A DNA stretch of 64,000 nucleotides from Octopus bimaculoides (lineage: Eukaryota). The notes under the pieces were generated by a model that saw nothing but the letters and a program-made list of their open reading frames with translations, searched no databases and had not been told where the DNA came from. The position numbers and the translations under genes are program-made. Each line of letters begins with the position of its first letter. Positions within the stretch are counted from its first letter, which is position 1. Below are positions 1-12,371 of the stretch, in pieces. The stretch covers positions 55,443,251 through 55,507,250 of the forward strand of contig NC_068989.1 of NCBI RefSeq assembly GCF_001194135.2, written 5' to 3'.

Positions 1-362
1 AGAAACTGAGCTACAACTGATATTTCATCAATTCCCTTAAAACAGCCACGAAAGACTATCATTAACATAAAACTCAACTGATGAGTTTTTCTTGCTTGGT
101 GCTTGAAACATTTGACTAATTTTAAGGCAAATGAAATAGAATCTGTAAATAATAAGCAACCATGAAATTTCACTGACTTTCATTGTTAATCAGAAGACAC
201 TAATTGATAACTAAATCAAATATGACACAACTAAATGACTAATCCAGCAGGTACAATCTTTACAGGAGTTAAAGGAAAAACTTATGTAAATAATCTCAGA
301 ATCAGGAGTGAAAGTAATATGTTAAAAACTGTGTAACTGGAGTCATTGATAGGCTGCAGAAA

Positions 363-426
363 TCAAGGCACATGCACTGTGGACTTTTCACAAATTGGTA
401 TTAATGTTCCAATACTGGCTATCAAG
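363..426 (-). CDS. Candidate short terminal or poison exon directly after the PAI exon (phase 2): SLIASIGTLIPICEKSTVHVP*
   Basis: cttaac followed by a long pyrimidine tract (cctattttttcctttttgtttgttccacag|; AG 428-427) defines a 79-nt intron from the 505 donor. 64 bp = 1 + 21 codons. Confidence 0.38.
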
Positions 427-505
427 CTGTGGAACAAACAAAAAGGAAAAAATAGGTTAAGGGTCATTGTGGAAAGAAGGTTATAATGGTATGCAATGCC
501 TTTAC

Positions 506-671
506 CTGTTAAGTATTTTGCTAACACAGCCATGCGACACTTGTAGTTGTCGGCTGATTTCACATGGACGGACACCTTGAAGAGCAAGCTGCAGAATCTG
601 AACTCTCAAATGGTCAGGTAGAGGGCGCCCATTAGTGAATTCACGACCATACTGATTGATGTTTCGACCAC
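506..671 (-). CDS. Pax-beta: Paired-box (Pax) transcription factor, internal exon encoding the PAI subdomain; most likely Pax-beta class
   Basis: Manual translation: G|[54 protein letters not shown]|R, with the paired-domain motifs NGRPLP and [18 protein letters not shown]. Acceptor tttttttctttctattgctaattaacag|GT (AG 673-672), donor AACAG|gtaaag (GT 505-504). 166 bp, phase 1 in, phase 2 out, the usual Pax intron position at KILxR|Y. Paired-domain call is near certain; the Pax-beta assignment rests on recalled diagnostic residues ([15 protein letters not shown]). Confidence 0.93.
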
Positions 672-1071
672 CTGTTAATTAGCAATAGAAAGAAAAAAAG
701 ATGCACATTTTAAATCAGCTGCTTCATTCAGGGATTATGAAAAAAAAGTAAAGAAAAAATGTTTAACATCATCATTAATTTGAAGGTAGTTAGTTAATTA
801 CTTAAAGATGGTCAACACACAAAGAAACAACAGCAAGTTATGTTATTAAATGACCAATCATGGAAGATGGCTTAGGTGATTAGATGCTTCAAGAGGTTTC
901 AGATGTGTCTATCTGAAATCTTTAGATCAGTTGTTATCTATGAGAAATAGGCATTGTTGATGGTTAAGTAAACTGCACATAGTAAGTCAGTAACAAAATA
1001 ATATTAGAAGAGAGAGAAATTGGATAGAATTGAAGAGGTAAAGATAAAGACTAAAAGATGACAGAGACCGA

Positions 1072-1312
1072 TAGAACCCTTGAGTATTCAGATTACTATC
1101 AAATATAATGCTTGTTTAATCACACTGTTTTTAATTAATCATGCATTATGTTGTAGCTTTGAGAGATATTTGATGATGTGATTGCTTATTTTTAAAATGA
1201 CATTGTAGGATAGAAATGAGAGACTGGATCTGGCTGGTGTGAACATAAAACAGGTAGAATATCTGGGCCAGATACGACTGGTTTAAATGTTAAAGGGCTA
1301 AAATAGCTGTAA
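1072..1312. mobile_element. piggyBac-like MITE, copy 1
   Basis: aaccctt...aaagggcta ends; body alignable by eye to 39436-39664. Confidence 0.6.
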
Positions 1313-1540
1313 GCCTAAAACTCTTGCCTTGGTGTTGGTTGAGATTATCAAATATTTAAAAAAAGTTCCATGGTCATTGTCAAGTGTTTAACTTGCTATA
1401 TTCATAGTTAGGCGAGTTAGACAAGGTAGGTAAATCAACTTAACCATCCCACCAACACAGGCAAATACATAGATATGTATGAGTGCATATATTTGCATGA
1501 TCTTGGAATTTAGGTTTGGAATTTTTTGCCTAAGAATAAG

Positions 1541-1721
1541 NNNNNNNNNNNNNNNNNNNNNNNNNNNNNNNNNNNNNNNNNNNNNNNNNNNNNNNNNNNN
1601 NNNNNNNNNNNNNNNNNNNNNNNNNNNNNNNNNNNNNNNNNNNNNNNNNNNNNNNNNNNNNNNNNNNNNNNNNNNNNNNNNNNNNNNNNNNNNNNNNNNN
1701 NNNNNNNNNNNNNNNNNNNNN
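1541..1721. other. Assembly gap (others at 2694-2818, 31456-31465, 37466-37475)
   Basis: N runs, mostly abutting microsatellites. Confidence 1.
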
Positions 1722-2818
1722 ATATATATATATATATATATATATAAAAGCAGACTGACAAGCAGATGAACAAACAAAACTTTTAACATTGTCTTAATGC
1801 TCCTTGTCTCTGTCTGTCTGTCTCTCTGTGACTGAGCAAGTGAATAGACATGTAACTCTCACAATAACAAAGACATACAAAAGAGAATTAGCAAAGAGGA
1901 GTGGCTATGAGAAGAGAAATGTGTTGCCAAAAATATGTAAGGAAAACTATAAAAATAAAAGAAAGGTCAGAGAAAGTTAGAATAGAAAAAGACAGTAAAG
2001 AGTAGATAGTTTTAAAATGAAGCAGAAAGATATAAAAACTGCTGCCAATAACATACATCATAAAATGGTAAATAACAGTTTTACATCAAAATTGAAATAG
2101 TTAAGATGATTGACATATACCAATTTAAAAAGGAGCTGGAATAATTAGTAGATCGAAGAATAATTGAAGCAATGAGTGGTCAAAGGAATAGTCTTAAGTG
2201 AGGTAAGGCTAAAAAAAAAACCCAGTTATATTCTGACATATAACATTTCAAATAATAATAATAATATTCAATATTTCTTTAAAATATATTGCTCTTTATT
2301 TTATTTTGTTTTGTTCTCCTCTTTTTTATGAGCATATTATTATAAAGTGAAAATTTTGGCAAATTTCCACCCTGCTGATGTCAAAGAGATTTCTATCAGG
2401 GTAGAAAGTTGAGCAATGTCATCAGGCTGTGGTAGATTTCAGAGTTTTCAACATGGGAAGTTTAAGAAATGTATTCTCTCTATTGTTATAATTCAGTGTT
2501 TTACCAATGTGGTCAGGTTTCAATATATAATGCAGGGTAATGATTGGAAGGTATGATCAGATGGTGTTAAAAGTGATTATAAAGGGTAGAAAGTCTGGAA
2601 ATGTGATTAGGCTTTGATAGACTTTTGAGTATTAAAAGTAGCAGATTATGTAATAGTAAAGCTGTCACAGACAGCAAAGTGTGACCAAGCTGTNNNNNNN
2701 NNNNNNNNNNNNNNNNNNNNNNNNNNNNNNNNNNNNNNNNNNNNNNNNNNNNNNNNNNNNNNNNNNNNNNNNNNNNNNNNNNNNNNNNNNNNNNNNNNNN
2801 NNNNNNNNNNNNNNNNNN

Positions 2819-2849
<31 letters not shown>

Positions 2850-3589
2850 GTATTTCTTATTGAAAAGAAAACTTAAAAATAAAAATATATCAGACATTAG
2901 AGAATTAAGGTATAAATCAAATTAGCAACTGATTTAGGTGTTAGCAAGCAAAATGTAAGGTAGTGAGAAATGAATCCCTGCATACACTTCACTGATGTAA
3001 TATCTCTCTGGAGACTAATAAACTTCTGGATGTTCAAGCAATATGTTTGACAGTAGTAAATGTAACAGAGAAAAGATACTATATGCTATACACAAGAAGA
3101 CCAATTAACACTGAAGGATCATTCTATTACATTCAATTGGGCCTATCATTTAAGTTAGGTACTTAGATTACACCAAGAATCTGACCATGTACACACAGAC
3201 CCTATTCTAATCTGAGTATAGAAATTATATAATAACAAGGATAAAATGTCTCGGGAAAAGAAAAAAAAATTTAAATAATTGTTATAATTATTAATAAACA
3301 AATTAATAAATAAATAGGAAAGTAAAAACAAAATATGAAACAAGTAAGAAAAGCTAGAATGATAGAGGTTTCTGCTGAATGTTAGACTTAATGGATATTC
3401 ATAACAGAAAGTAACATAACAGAATAAGCATATTCAGATATATGAGTAACCCATTTTGAAATCAGTATTATTTTCCAGATGACACAATCATCATCATTAG
3501 TATAATGCTGCACAAAGTCACAGAAATGTATCTGCCAGCACTCAACCACGCAGAGAACTTCTGTTTCATATATTCTCTTGACTCTATAT

Positions 3590-3940
3590 ATCTTTTATCA
3601 TGTTTCAGTCACTAGACTGCAGCCATGCTGGGGCACTGCTTTGCAAAATTTTAGTTGAACAAATCAGCTCCACTAGTTATTTTTTTAAACCTGGCACTTA
3701 TTCTGTTGGTCTTTTTGACAAAACCACTAAGTTATGGGGATGTAAGCACACCAACACTTGTTGTCAAGTGGTGCTGGGAAACAAGCAAACACACACACAC
3801 AACGGGCTTCTTTCATTCAATCTACCAAATCCACTCACAAGATTTTGGTCAGTTCGGGGCTATAGAAGAAGACACCTGTGCAAGTTGCCATGCAATGGTA
3901 CTCTAATCCAGAACCATGTGATTGGAAAACAAACTTCTTG
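3590..3940 (-). mobile_element. Full bipartite SINE (head + internal microsatellite + 3' module)
   Basis: Same head/(CA)n/3' module order recurs at about 50130-50500 and 55110-55520. Confidence 0.72.
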
Positions 3941-4410
3941 TTGATTTTGAAGCTTTGGGCTGCTAACTTTAATCAGACAATTAAAACACGACATAAAAGT
4001 AAGCGTTATTACACACACACAGAGTATGTACTTATCCACCTATCATGAGTACAAGATCTGCAAAGTTAGCATCATCACAATTATATGTCTGCTTTTCCAT
4101 GCTGGCATGGATCATTATCAGTCTGAATGAGACATTATTTGGACTTACTTTTCTCCTAGATGAGCTGGGGACTACATCACACCTTTTCATTATATACCAA
4201 TACTATTTTTGTTACTCAGTTATCATACGTGATATCTCTACTGTTACAAAGGCAACAAATAGATTCAACATTCACATATATCATAGGGCTGTGCAACAAT
4301 TCCATTCTACATAAGATTCTCTTTCCTGATTCCATAGAAATTATTTCACTTTGACCATGTCAATACACAAATCAATTTGAAACCAAATAACTCAGTTTTT
4401 AATCAGATAC

Positions 4411-4416
4411 TTTATT
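4411..4416 (-). terminator. Candidate polyadenylation signal for the 5880 terminal exon
   Basis: AATAAA on the minus strand at the end of ~1.2 kb of U-rich DNA, followed by GU/U-rich sequence. Confidence 0.4.
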
Positions 4417-5626
4417 AAACATAATCTCATCACCCCAAAATAAACATTCATTATATCATTTTGCTTTCATCATAGAAGAATTCAATCTTCATTTATATGC
4501 TTTCAAAAAATTTTGTAAATTGTTAGAAAAAATTTACGCATAAAAGCACTTTCAATTTTTAAATCCTAAGACATAGTTTTTTTGTTTTTAATTTTCAATT
4601 TTTTTTTTCTCTTACTAATTAAAAATCTTCAAATATTGTAGAAAATATTTTTCCCCACCTATTTTAGGTTAAACATGTCAGTCTTAAAACATACTGTCTT
4701 GCTTGATGAAAATTCAAATATATACATATAATCATTTAGATGTCACCTAAACAATTTTTTCTTTAAATTATATTTTATTAAATTAGAGATAAACTGATTC
4801 AGTTCAGTTATCAATATTACAAATAAATTTACTGAAATTTCACCACAAACTAACATAAGTTTAACAACTACAACGTCAGCCTCTGGCATAAACTTTTAGT
4901 AAAACAAAATTTGATATGTAAATACGAGTAGGAGTGAGAGAGAGATTCATGCTTTGTTCCTTGTTTTCCCTTCCAGTCCACCACAAGAAGGGGGTATTTT
5001 CTTATATCTACTTATTGTAATTTTTTTTTTTCTTTTTAAAGACAGCCAAGTATTTTTTGAATAATAGAATATAAATTCATTGGATTCAGCAGTGCAAGAA
5101 AATTTAGAATTTAAAGATATGAAACAATATTTCAAATGTTTGTAAGTTAAGGTTGTTATTTAAGCAGTCAATATTCTGGGAAATTAAGAGAATCTGGAAA
5201 AAGTACTAAAAAAGTAAATTTATTTCAACTAATTTCTGTTTATGAAACTAAAAAAAACTAATTCTAATTTTTTTAAAACAAAAAAAATTCACTAGATTTT
5301 TCTAAAATTTCAGATTAATAGTTAGTAAATTATTTTGTGATTGAATATCCTTTAATTACATCCATAAGTTTGCACACAAATTGATTAGTGAAATGTTTCA
5401 GCTTTATATTATTAATTAATGATAATCTAATTAGACAGTTAAAATGATAGAGATCAATAAAGTTATGTAATGTTACAGTGGGGAAGAAAAGAAGAGAAAT
5501 TAAAAATAAAGTCAACAACAATTTTAAAAAAATATTATAAGGTTTCAATATCTAAGAGGCTAAACAAAATGAATAAAAAAAAAACAAAATAAAAAAAACA
5601 TAAAAAATGGATTCCCCAGGGGATTT

Positions 5627-5880
5627 TCATGTACCTTCGTCATTTGAGAAATCAACTGAGTTGTTGTTAGGACGGCCAGCATCTAGAAAGCCATGTGCTG
5701 CCACAAGGGTGGCATCATCCCTGGCCACATCCAAGGCAATACGTCTACCTGAGGGGGTCCAGTAGCTGGAGGCTGGTGAGGAGCTTGATGATGATGTAGT
5801 GGTGGTGGTGGTAGTGGTGGTAGTGGTGGAACAGGAAGGTTTCACAGCAGTCACACTTCTTTGTCTGGAGGGGCGGCCTG
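5627..5880 (-). CDS. Candidate alternative last exon (phase 1): AGRPSRQRSVTAVKPSCS(T)n(S)nPASSYWTPSGRRIALDVARDD...NDEGT*
   Basis: Branch-like ccctaac about 32 nt upstream; acceptor attattttag|cag| (NAGNAG, exon start 5880 or 5877, both phase 1). 254 bp = 2 + 84 codons. GC/CpG-richer than the flanks and followed by U-rich UTR-like DNA with AATAAA at 4416-4411. Confidence 0.62.
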
Positions 5881-6235
5881 CTAAAATAATTGATTACAGT
5901 AACTAAGTGGTTAGGGCTATAGTAGCTGGTTTCACAGTGAGAGGACATAGGAAACCTACTACTAAGGACAACAGTTTTAAAACAATTTATTAGGATCTAG
6001 TCAAATTACTATAATCATTATTGTTGTTGTTGTTATCATTAGCATTATTATTATTATTAAACTACCCTTCATACTAATAGCATTGTTATCAAACCTTTGT
6101 AAATCTTACTTTGAGAATAATTTTTAAAATATCTTTTCGCAAGCTTTAAATGCAACTTAATAACTAAAGAAATAATAAAATAAATAAAATAAAATAAAAA
6201 TGGTTAAGAGTAAGGATTTAAAAGGTGAGAGGGTA

Positions 6236-6241
6236 TTTATT
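6236..6241 (-). terminator. Candidate polyadenylation signal for the 8010 terminal exon
   Basis: AATAAA on the minus strand followed by a U-rich downstream element (ttttttattttattttattt). Confidence 0.33.
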
Positions 6242-6486
6242 TTGATATCACAATTCTAGTACACAACACTCTTTCAAAACAACAACTGTACACAATGTTT
6301 GTGCTCTGTACAACAAAATCTGTCTGCATATATAAACAGCATGAATTTCGCAGGGAGTCATGTGTACATAAATTTATCTAGCAGTAACACACTAAGGAAT
6401 TCAATCAGAGTGTAATAATACAATAAGAAAAACAAAACAAATTACCAATTGTCATTAAAAGTTAAGCTAAAACATAGAGCTCCAGC

Positions 6487-6527
<41 letters not shown>

Positions 6528-7930
6528 TTTCATAGCAATGCAAAGATAGTTGTATCACTTTGATTACACAATGGTAGAACATTCTCTTTAGTTTGCTTCA
6601 AAAATATCTCAAAGGAATATACAGTGCCATGGAAATTCATAGCAAAGTAATGATATTTTTGTTAAAGAATGAAAACCAGGTATTAGAAATAGTAGTTCAC
6701 AAAGTACTAGTTTTCTGGCTTAAATTTTAGTCTTAACCAGTTTATGACAGACTGCCAAAAGTTCTGAGAAGGTTACAAAATGTGGGAGCATTTCAATCCT
6801 ATTTGTAATTAGTCATATAAGATAACTGTATACCAATAACCAGATGATTGGATGTTTTTCTTTTTTTTTTTTAACTTTCACTCATAGAAAGGAGAGAAAT
6901 TGTCACTGAAGCAGGAAACCTTGGTTGAAGAGGGTTTGAAATTAGAGATTGAACAAATGTTATACAGAATTGGAATGATGTTGGGATCTAGAACTTGAAC
7001 CAGCCTTCTTGATGATGGAAGTTTTCTGATATACCAGCTAGACAAACAATGTATTCTCAGCACAGTAAACAATTATTTGAAATACTTTATCACAGCTAAG
7101 AACTGAAAATTCAGAAGTATTTCCAAATGTTTTCTGAGTCAATTTAAACACACACACACACACACATGCGAAGTTTCAGTACATTCAGTGTCTTTATTTC
7201 ATTTATTTCAATCCACCACATAATTTTTTATTTAGTGGCTAAAAGTTGTATTTGGAATTATTTTATTAACTAAATTACAAGGAATAGTATTGAATACCAA
7301 GTTTTTAGTTGTTTAGAAATAAGAACGTGTTTCATGAGATATACAGTAAATAGGATTATGGACGCTCTGCCAAATAATATATTCAGCATTTATACCCCTT
7401 TGTCATTCTCATATTTAAATTTTTTTTTTCTTTCTAGATTTCTAATTAAATTTCCTCAACGAACAGTCCAGAGAAAAAGAAGAAAAAAAAAAGAAAAAAT
7501 AACAACAAAAAAGATAATATTAAAACTGTAAAAAAAAATCAACAAAACAACAACAATCAACATAAAACTAATTCTTTAGTAAATTCAAGCATTTTAAAAA
7601 ACATAATCATGGTTTTTTTAATTCATGTGGTTTCAATTATTTGTCAGTACAGTTCCCACTTGCTAACTACATACTTCAAAAAAAGTACAAAACAAAAACA
7701 AACAAAAAAACTGATAAAAGATACAAACAAAAGAACAACAAACAACAACTATTGAATGAAACATCAACACAAGTTTCACCATTACAAAAATAATTATGGT
7801 ATGTTATATGACAAATAAGAGAACTAGTATGTTAGTATGGATTCCTTTAGGAGTTGGGTTCTTAGTAAATAACTAACATAAATCCAAGCTGGTTTTATAT
7901 ATTCTTATTTTATTTACAATTTTTTTTTTC

Positions 7931-8010
7931 TTAGATACAGGTGTGGATTTTACAACTGGAAGTTCTCTTTTCTATTTGTAAGACTGCCATCTTTTTTCCA
8001 ATCTTATTCT
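7931..8010 (-). CDS. Candidate alternative last exon (phase 1): ENKIGKKMAVLQIEKRTSSCKIHTCI*
   Basis: tgctaac branch point plus atgtctcctgcacag| acceptor (AG 8012-8011). 80 bp = 2 + 26 codons. Followed by up to ~1.7 kb of U-rich sequence with AATAAA at 7198-7193 and 6241-6236. Confidence 0.5.
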
Positions 8011-8870
8011 CTGTGCAGGAGACATGTTAGCACATTGTGTACACATTTGCAGCTTCCATCAGATTAATCAGTGACTGATCACATGTCAACATGTCGGGAA
8101 TAAAAGAATTAAAAAACATTTCTGATCTTAATGATGCAAGAAAAAAAAAACAAAAAAAAAACATGGTCTTCAATTCAATTCAACTTTTGTAGTGAGGCTT
8201 GGATAACTTAGTAATATTTAACAACACTTTAACTTAAAAATCCATACCCATCATCACTATACTTACACACACGCACACACACATATATATATATATACAC
8301 ACACGTGTATACAATTAGACATAGAAATACTGCTGCTGAGTTTAGTGCTCCACACAGATTATCATAACAGAGTCTGCTTCCAGTATAATGGTTTGGTTAC
8401 TACTGTACTCAGTAGTAGTACCAGTTATGATATACAGAGAAATTGTAGTATAAATTACGATAAACAGAAGTTTATATCATATGTTCTTATATACATGTCA
8501 CTGCTGTGGTAGCTTGGAACTCTGCACATATGATTTCTGTAACAAAACATTTATAAAGTGTTTCCTTAATGATCCGTTGGGGTTAAGCATCCAATGTACA
8601 CAGTTCCAAACAATCACAATAGTGAAATGCATTTAGTAACAAATTATATAAACTTGCATTTGTCATAATTTCTCATATATACATATGATCTTACTCGCTG
8701 TGGGGGCAGTTAGCTCCCCTGTTAGTACAGGGATTTGTGCTTCTTTACAGCCGAGAAGGATTTTTACCTCTTATTTCTAGCAATGTAGGTGCTACTCTGA
8801 ACTGTCAGTCACAATTAGTGACAACTGAATTCTTCCTTTTTGGTTTTATATTGCTTATAGTTATCTTCAT

Positions 8871-8936
<66 letters not shown>

Positions 8937-10339
8937 GAGCCTGGTGTTGCCATCCGGTTTCACCAGTCCTCAGTCAAATTGTCCAACCCATGCTAGCATG
9001 GAAAGTGGACATTAAACGAAGATGATGATGATGATATATGCAATCAAATATCGAACAGTGAGAATGAGTGCTCAACACTACATTGGTGGATATCAATATT
9101 CTTCATTTGTAGCAAACAATGGTTTCATGTAGAAGGAATTTATTAACAGTTATTGAGCATGCCACACAGAAACATTGGTACTCATCTCCCATTTGGATAA
9201 GAATGGATACATAGAGCTTGACATCGCCTTCTAGCTTGCCAGCTCTTGTCAAACCATCCAACCGATGACAGCATAGAAAGAGGACATTAAATAATGATAA
9301 TATATTATATATAAGACATTAAATATATAAGACATTAAAACTGCACCACTATATTCATGATAAAGAAGTAGAGAGGTATCAGCACATTTTATGCATAAAG
9401 CATTATAATATGCTAGAATAGAACAAAATATGTAGTGTCAAAAACCCTATTAGTTGATGGGCTAATATTTTTCCATATATCTAACAATTACAGAAGATAT
9501 CTCACACATGGTTCTGCTTCATTGAACACCATCATCATAGGTATATGCTAACTGTAACATTCCAGATTTGGAACAAATGGATGCCCAAGTATATACACAA
9601 AAATGTGTATGCAGACAAAGAGAACTGCTTAGATATACAAATTAACAATTAAAGCCGCTTCAAATTCACAAGAAATGGTTTGGTTATATATATACATACC
9701 TACATGAATGTGTGTATGCATGTGCTCTTATACACTATAAGCTCCAGTGCAGGGAGATATACATTTTGCTTCAGTAAACAAGAAGCATTGTCAAGTTTCA
9801 CTGAAGCAGTGGAAAAATATTGCTTCAAATATATAACATTCGAGTACTATAAAGACACAAGATTGCTCAAAGCATAGTGATTATGTATAAAACATATATT
9901 TAGTGACTGTTAAGTGACATGAAAGTGTTTTGAATTATCAATCCTCTTTCTTCTACTGGTATCACTGATACAATGACTATAAGCTACATTAACATCTTAT
10001 ACACATAAAACATCATAGGCGCACACACAAACCAAGTATTTACGTGCATGCTTATATGCATGTGTGTGTGTGTATACACAAAACTGCTGAATCACTAGAG
10101 GTGATAAATTACAGGATTCAATACAAATGTGGACTATTCTTTGGTACATTAAAACTGAAAGACAACAACTTCCAATACTCAGATAACATTAAGACAAGCA
10201 GTTTCTTCAAAGTATCATTTCATATTTCAAAACATATTCAAACAGTGAGTGTTTCAAAAGAAATGTTGGCTCAGTTTAACAGCTGATGACCAGAAACAAG
10301 TAACTCTGAGTACTGGATAATGGAGGCTTTCAGTTATAA

Positions 10340-10373
<34 letters not shown>

Positions 10374-10430
10374 CACATATATACATACATATATATATAC
10401 ATACATATACATATATATATGCATATATAT

Positions 10431-10431
10431 A

Positions 10432-10465
<34 letters not shown>

Positions 10466-10908
10466 GTTTAACATCCATTTTTCATGCTGGCATGGGTTGG
10501 ACGGTTCGACTGGAGTCTGGGAAGCCAGGAGACTGCACCAAGCCCCATCTGATCTGGCACCGTTTCTACAGCTGGATGCCGTTCCAAACGCCAACCACTC
10601 CAAGAGTGTAGTGGGTGCTTTTCACATGCCACTGGCACAGGGGCCAGAGGGGCTGGCATTGGCCACAATTGGATGGTGCTCTTTACGCGCAACCAGCACG
10701 GGGGTCACAACTACAATTTCTATTTGGTTGTAATTTGATTTGATTTTGATATTGATGTACTTGACTCAATAGGTCTCCTCAAACACGGCATGTCACCCGA
10801 CAATCTAAGGTACTTTTGAGTGGGCTGGTTATGCAACACTGGGGTAGGTTACAGCTGTGAACTCACTTTATTTGTCGGGTCTTCCCAGTCACAGCATACC
10901 TCCAGAGA
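10431..10908 (-). mobile_element. Long SINE with (GAT)n tail; near full-length copy
   Basis: (CAT)n then catgctggcatgggttggacgg.... Partial plus-strand copies at about 8938-9035, 41470-41655, 46150-46375, 54950-55100 and 60130-60440. Confidence 0.8.
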
Positions 10909-10994
10909 TATACATACATACATATACATGCATACATACACATACATATATATACATATTTATACATACATATATATATACACAAACACACACG

Positions 10995-11048
<54 letters not shown>

Positions 11049-11050
11049 TG

Positions 11051-11212
11051 AGAGTGTGGCTGCATGGTAAGAAGTTTGCTTTCCAACCACATGGCTCTGG
11101 ATTCAGTCCCACTGGATGGCACCATGGGAAAGTGTCTTCAACTATAGCCTGAGCCAACCAAAGCCTTGTGAATGGATTTGGTAGACAGAAACTGAAAGAA
11201 GCCTACTCTGTG

Positions 11213-11247
<35 letters not shown>

Positions 11248-11250
11248 AAG
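11051..11250 (+). mobile_element. tRNA-derived SINE head ending in (GT)n
   Basis: gtggctgcatggtaagaagtttgctttccaaccacatgg...ggattcagtcccactg. Related copies at about 23090-23290 (+), 46378-46530 (+), 37272-37450 (-) and 56585-56740 (-). Confidence 0.82.
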
Positions 11251-11766
11251 CACACACACACACACATAAATACATACACACAAAGACAAGGGCAGGTTTT
11301 CCAATCAAAAATGATGTATAAACATCAACTGAATGACCTACACATTGAATCAGCATGCAAACTGGCTGAATATTCCACAGACTCAGGTACCCTTAACTTA
11401 ATTCACTGGTAGAATCAGCATGACACTATGTCAAAGTTGCTAAACCTTTGAATTAGAAGTACAGTCCATCCTCTGAGCTTCAGCACCATTTCTGTACACA
11501 GAAATTTGCTCACAAGATTTGGACTGATTCGATGTTAAGATAAAAAGATATTTGTCCAAGATGCCATGCAATGGAATTGAACTCAGAGCTTTATTGTTTT
11601 GAAGCAAGTGTTTTAACCATTCCACCATGTATATGAAAATGCACTTGTGCATATCTATTAAAACAGTGAGTCTAACACTAGACATTTTGTTTCAGCTACA
11701 GACAAGCTAGTAAAACATCTTGTTCCTTGTATAGTGGAAGATGGGCAAAAATATAGCTGGACATAC

Positions 11767-11814
11767 CAATAAAGCAAGGAGTAAGTATGGCGGTTTTGGT
11801 GTTGGTGGTGACGG
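11767..11814 (-). CDS. Candidate 48-nt symmetric (phase 1-1) cassette exon: AVTTNTKTAILTPCFI(G)
   Basis: Acceptor ctctatctctgtgtacag|cc and donor TTTATTG|gtatgt. Length divisible by 3, stop-free in the host frame, retains CpGs. Confidence 0.38.
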
Positions 11815-12335
11815 CTGTACACAGAGATAGAGTATGGGTGGTGGTGGTGGTGGTGAAGATACTAACAACCGGAGGTTTCTTATGGCTTTGAAATGGAGGC
11901 AGGTAGGGGATGAGGCAGTAAAATGGTATCAAAGCCCCACCCAGTACACACACACACAATAACATGAAGGTAGACACATACATTTATTCATGTAGACAAT
12001 ACAAACATATGCACATACACAAACACACACACGCAAGCATACAGCTTGTATTGGATATGAATAAACAAGCAGAAATAATAAACCAGCAAAAGCACAACCC
12101 TCCATGCAGCTTTCTGTTAGCTTATGTAATACACACACACACACATACACACACACACACACACACAAAGAGGATTAGATTGCCAATCTTCAATCCACTG
12201 CAAGACAAAGGCCTCAGCATGTTGTCTTCACCAACCACTATATAATATGGAGGCTGTGAATCTGAGCTTGAGATCATACTGGTTTGATGAGCCTACTTTG
12301 TCACAGTGGCCCAACATGGCTTGGCAGAGGGGGCA

Positions 12336-12371
<36 letters not shown>

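Noticed and set aside
37-142. Phase-2 acceptor giving RFYFICLK...SWLF* as the next Pax exon
   Set aside because: No similarity to the RED subdomain (no TGS/PGxIGGSKP); an open frame of this length can occur by chance.
363-587. 74-aa ORF taken as a gene
   Set aside because: Overlaps the paired-domain exon out of frame and crosses its donor; only the last 21 codons are kept as a candidate exon.
1388-2897. ORFs spanning N runs
   Set aside because: Artefacts of assembly gaps.
10320-12245. Numerous [12 protein letters not shown] ORFs here and near 26-28, 37 and 46 kb
   Set aside because: Translations of dinucleotide microsatellites and SINEs.
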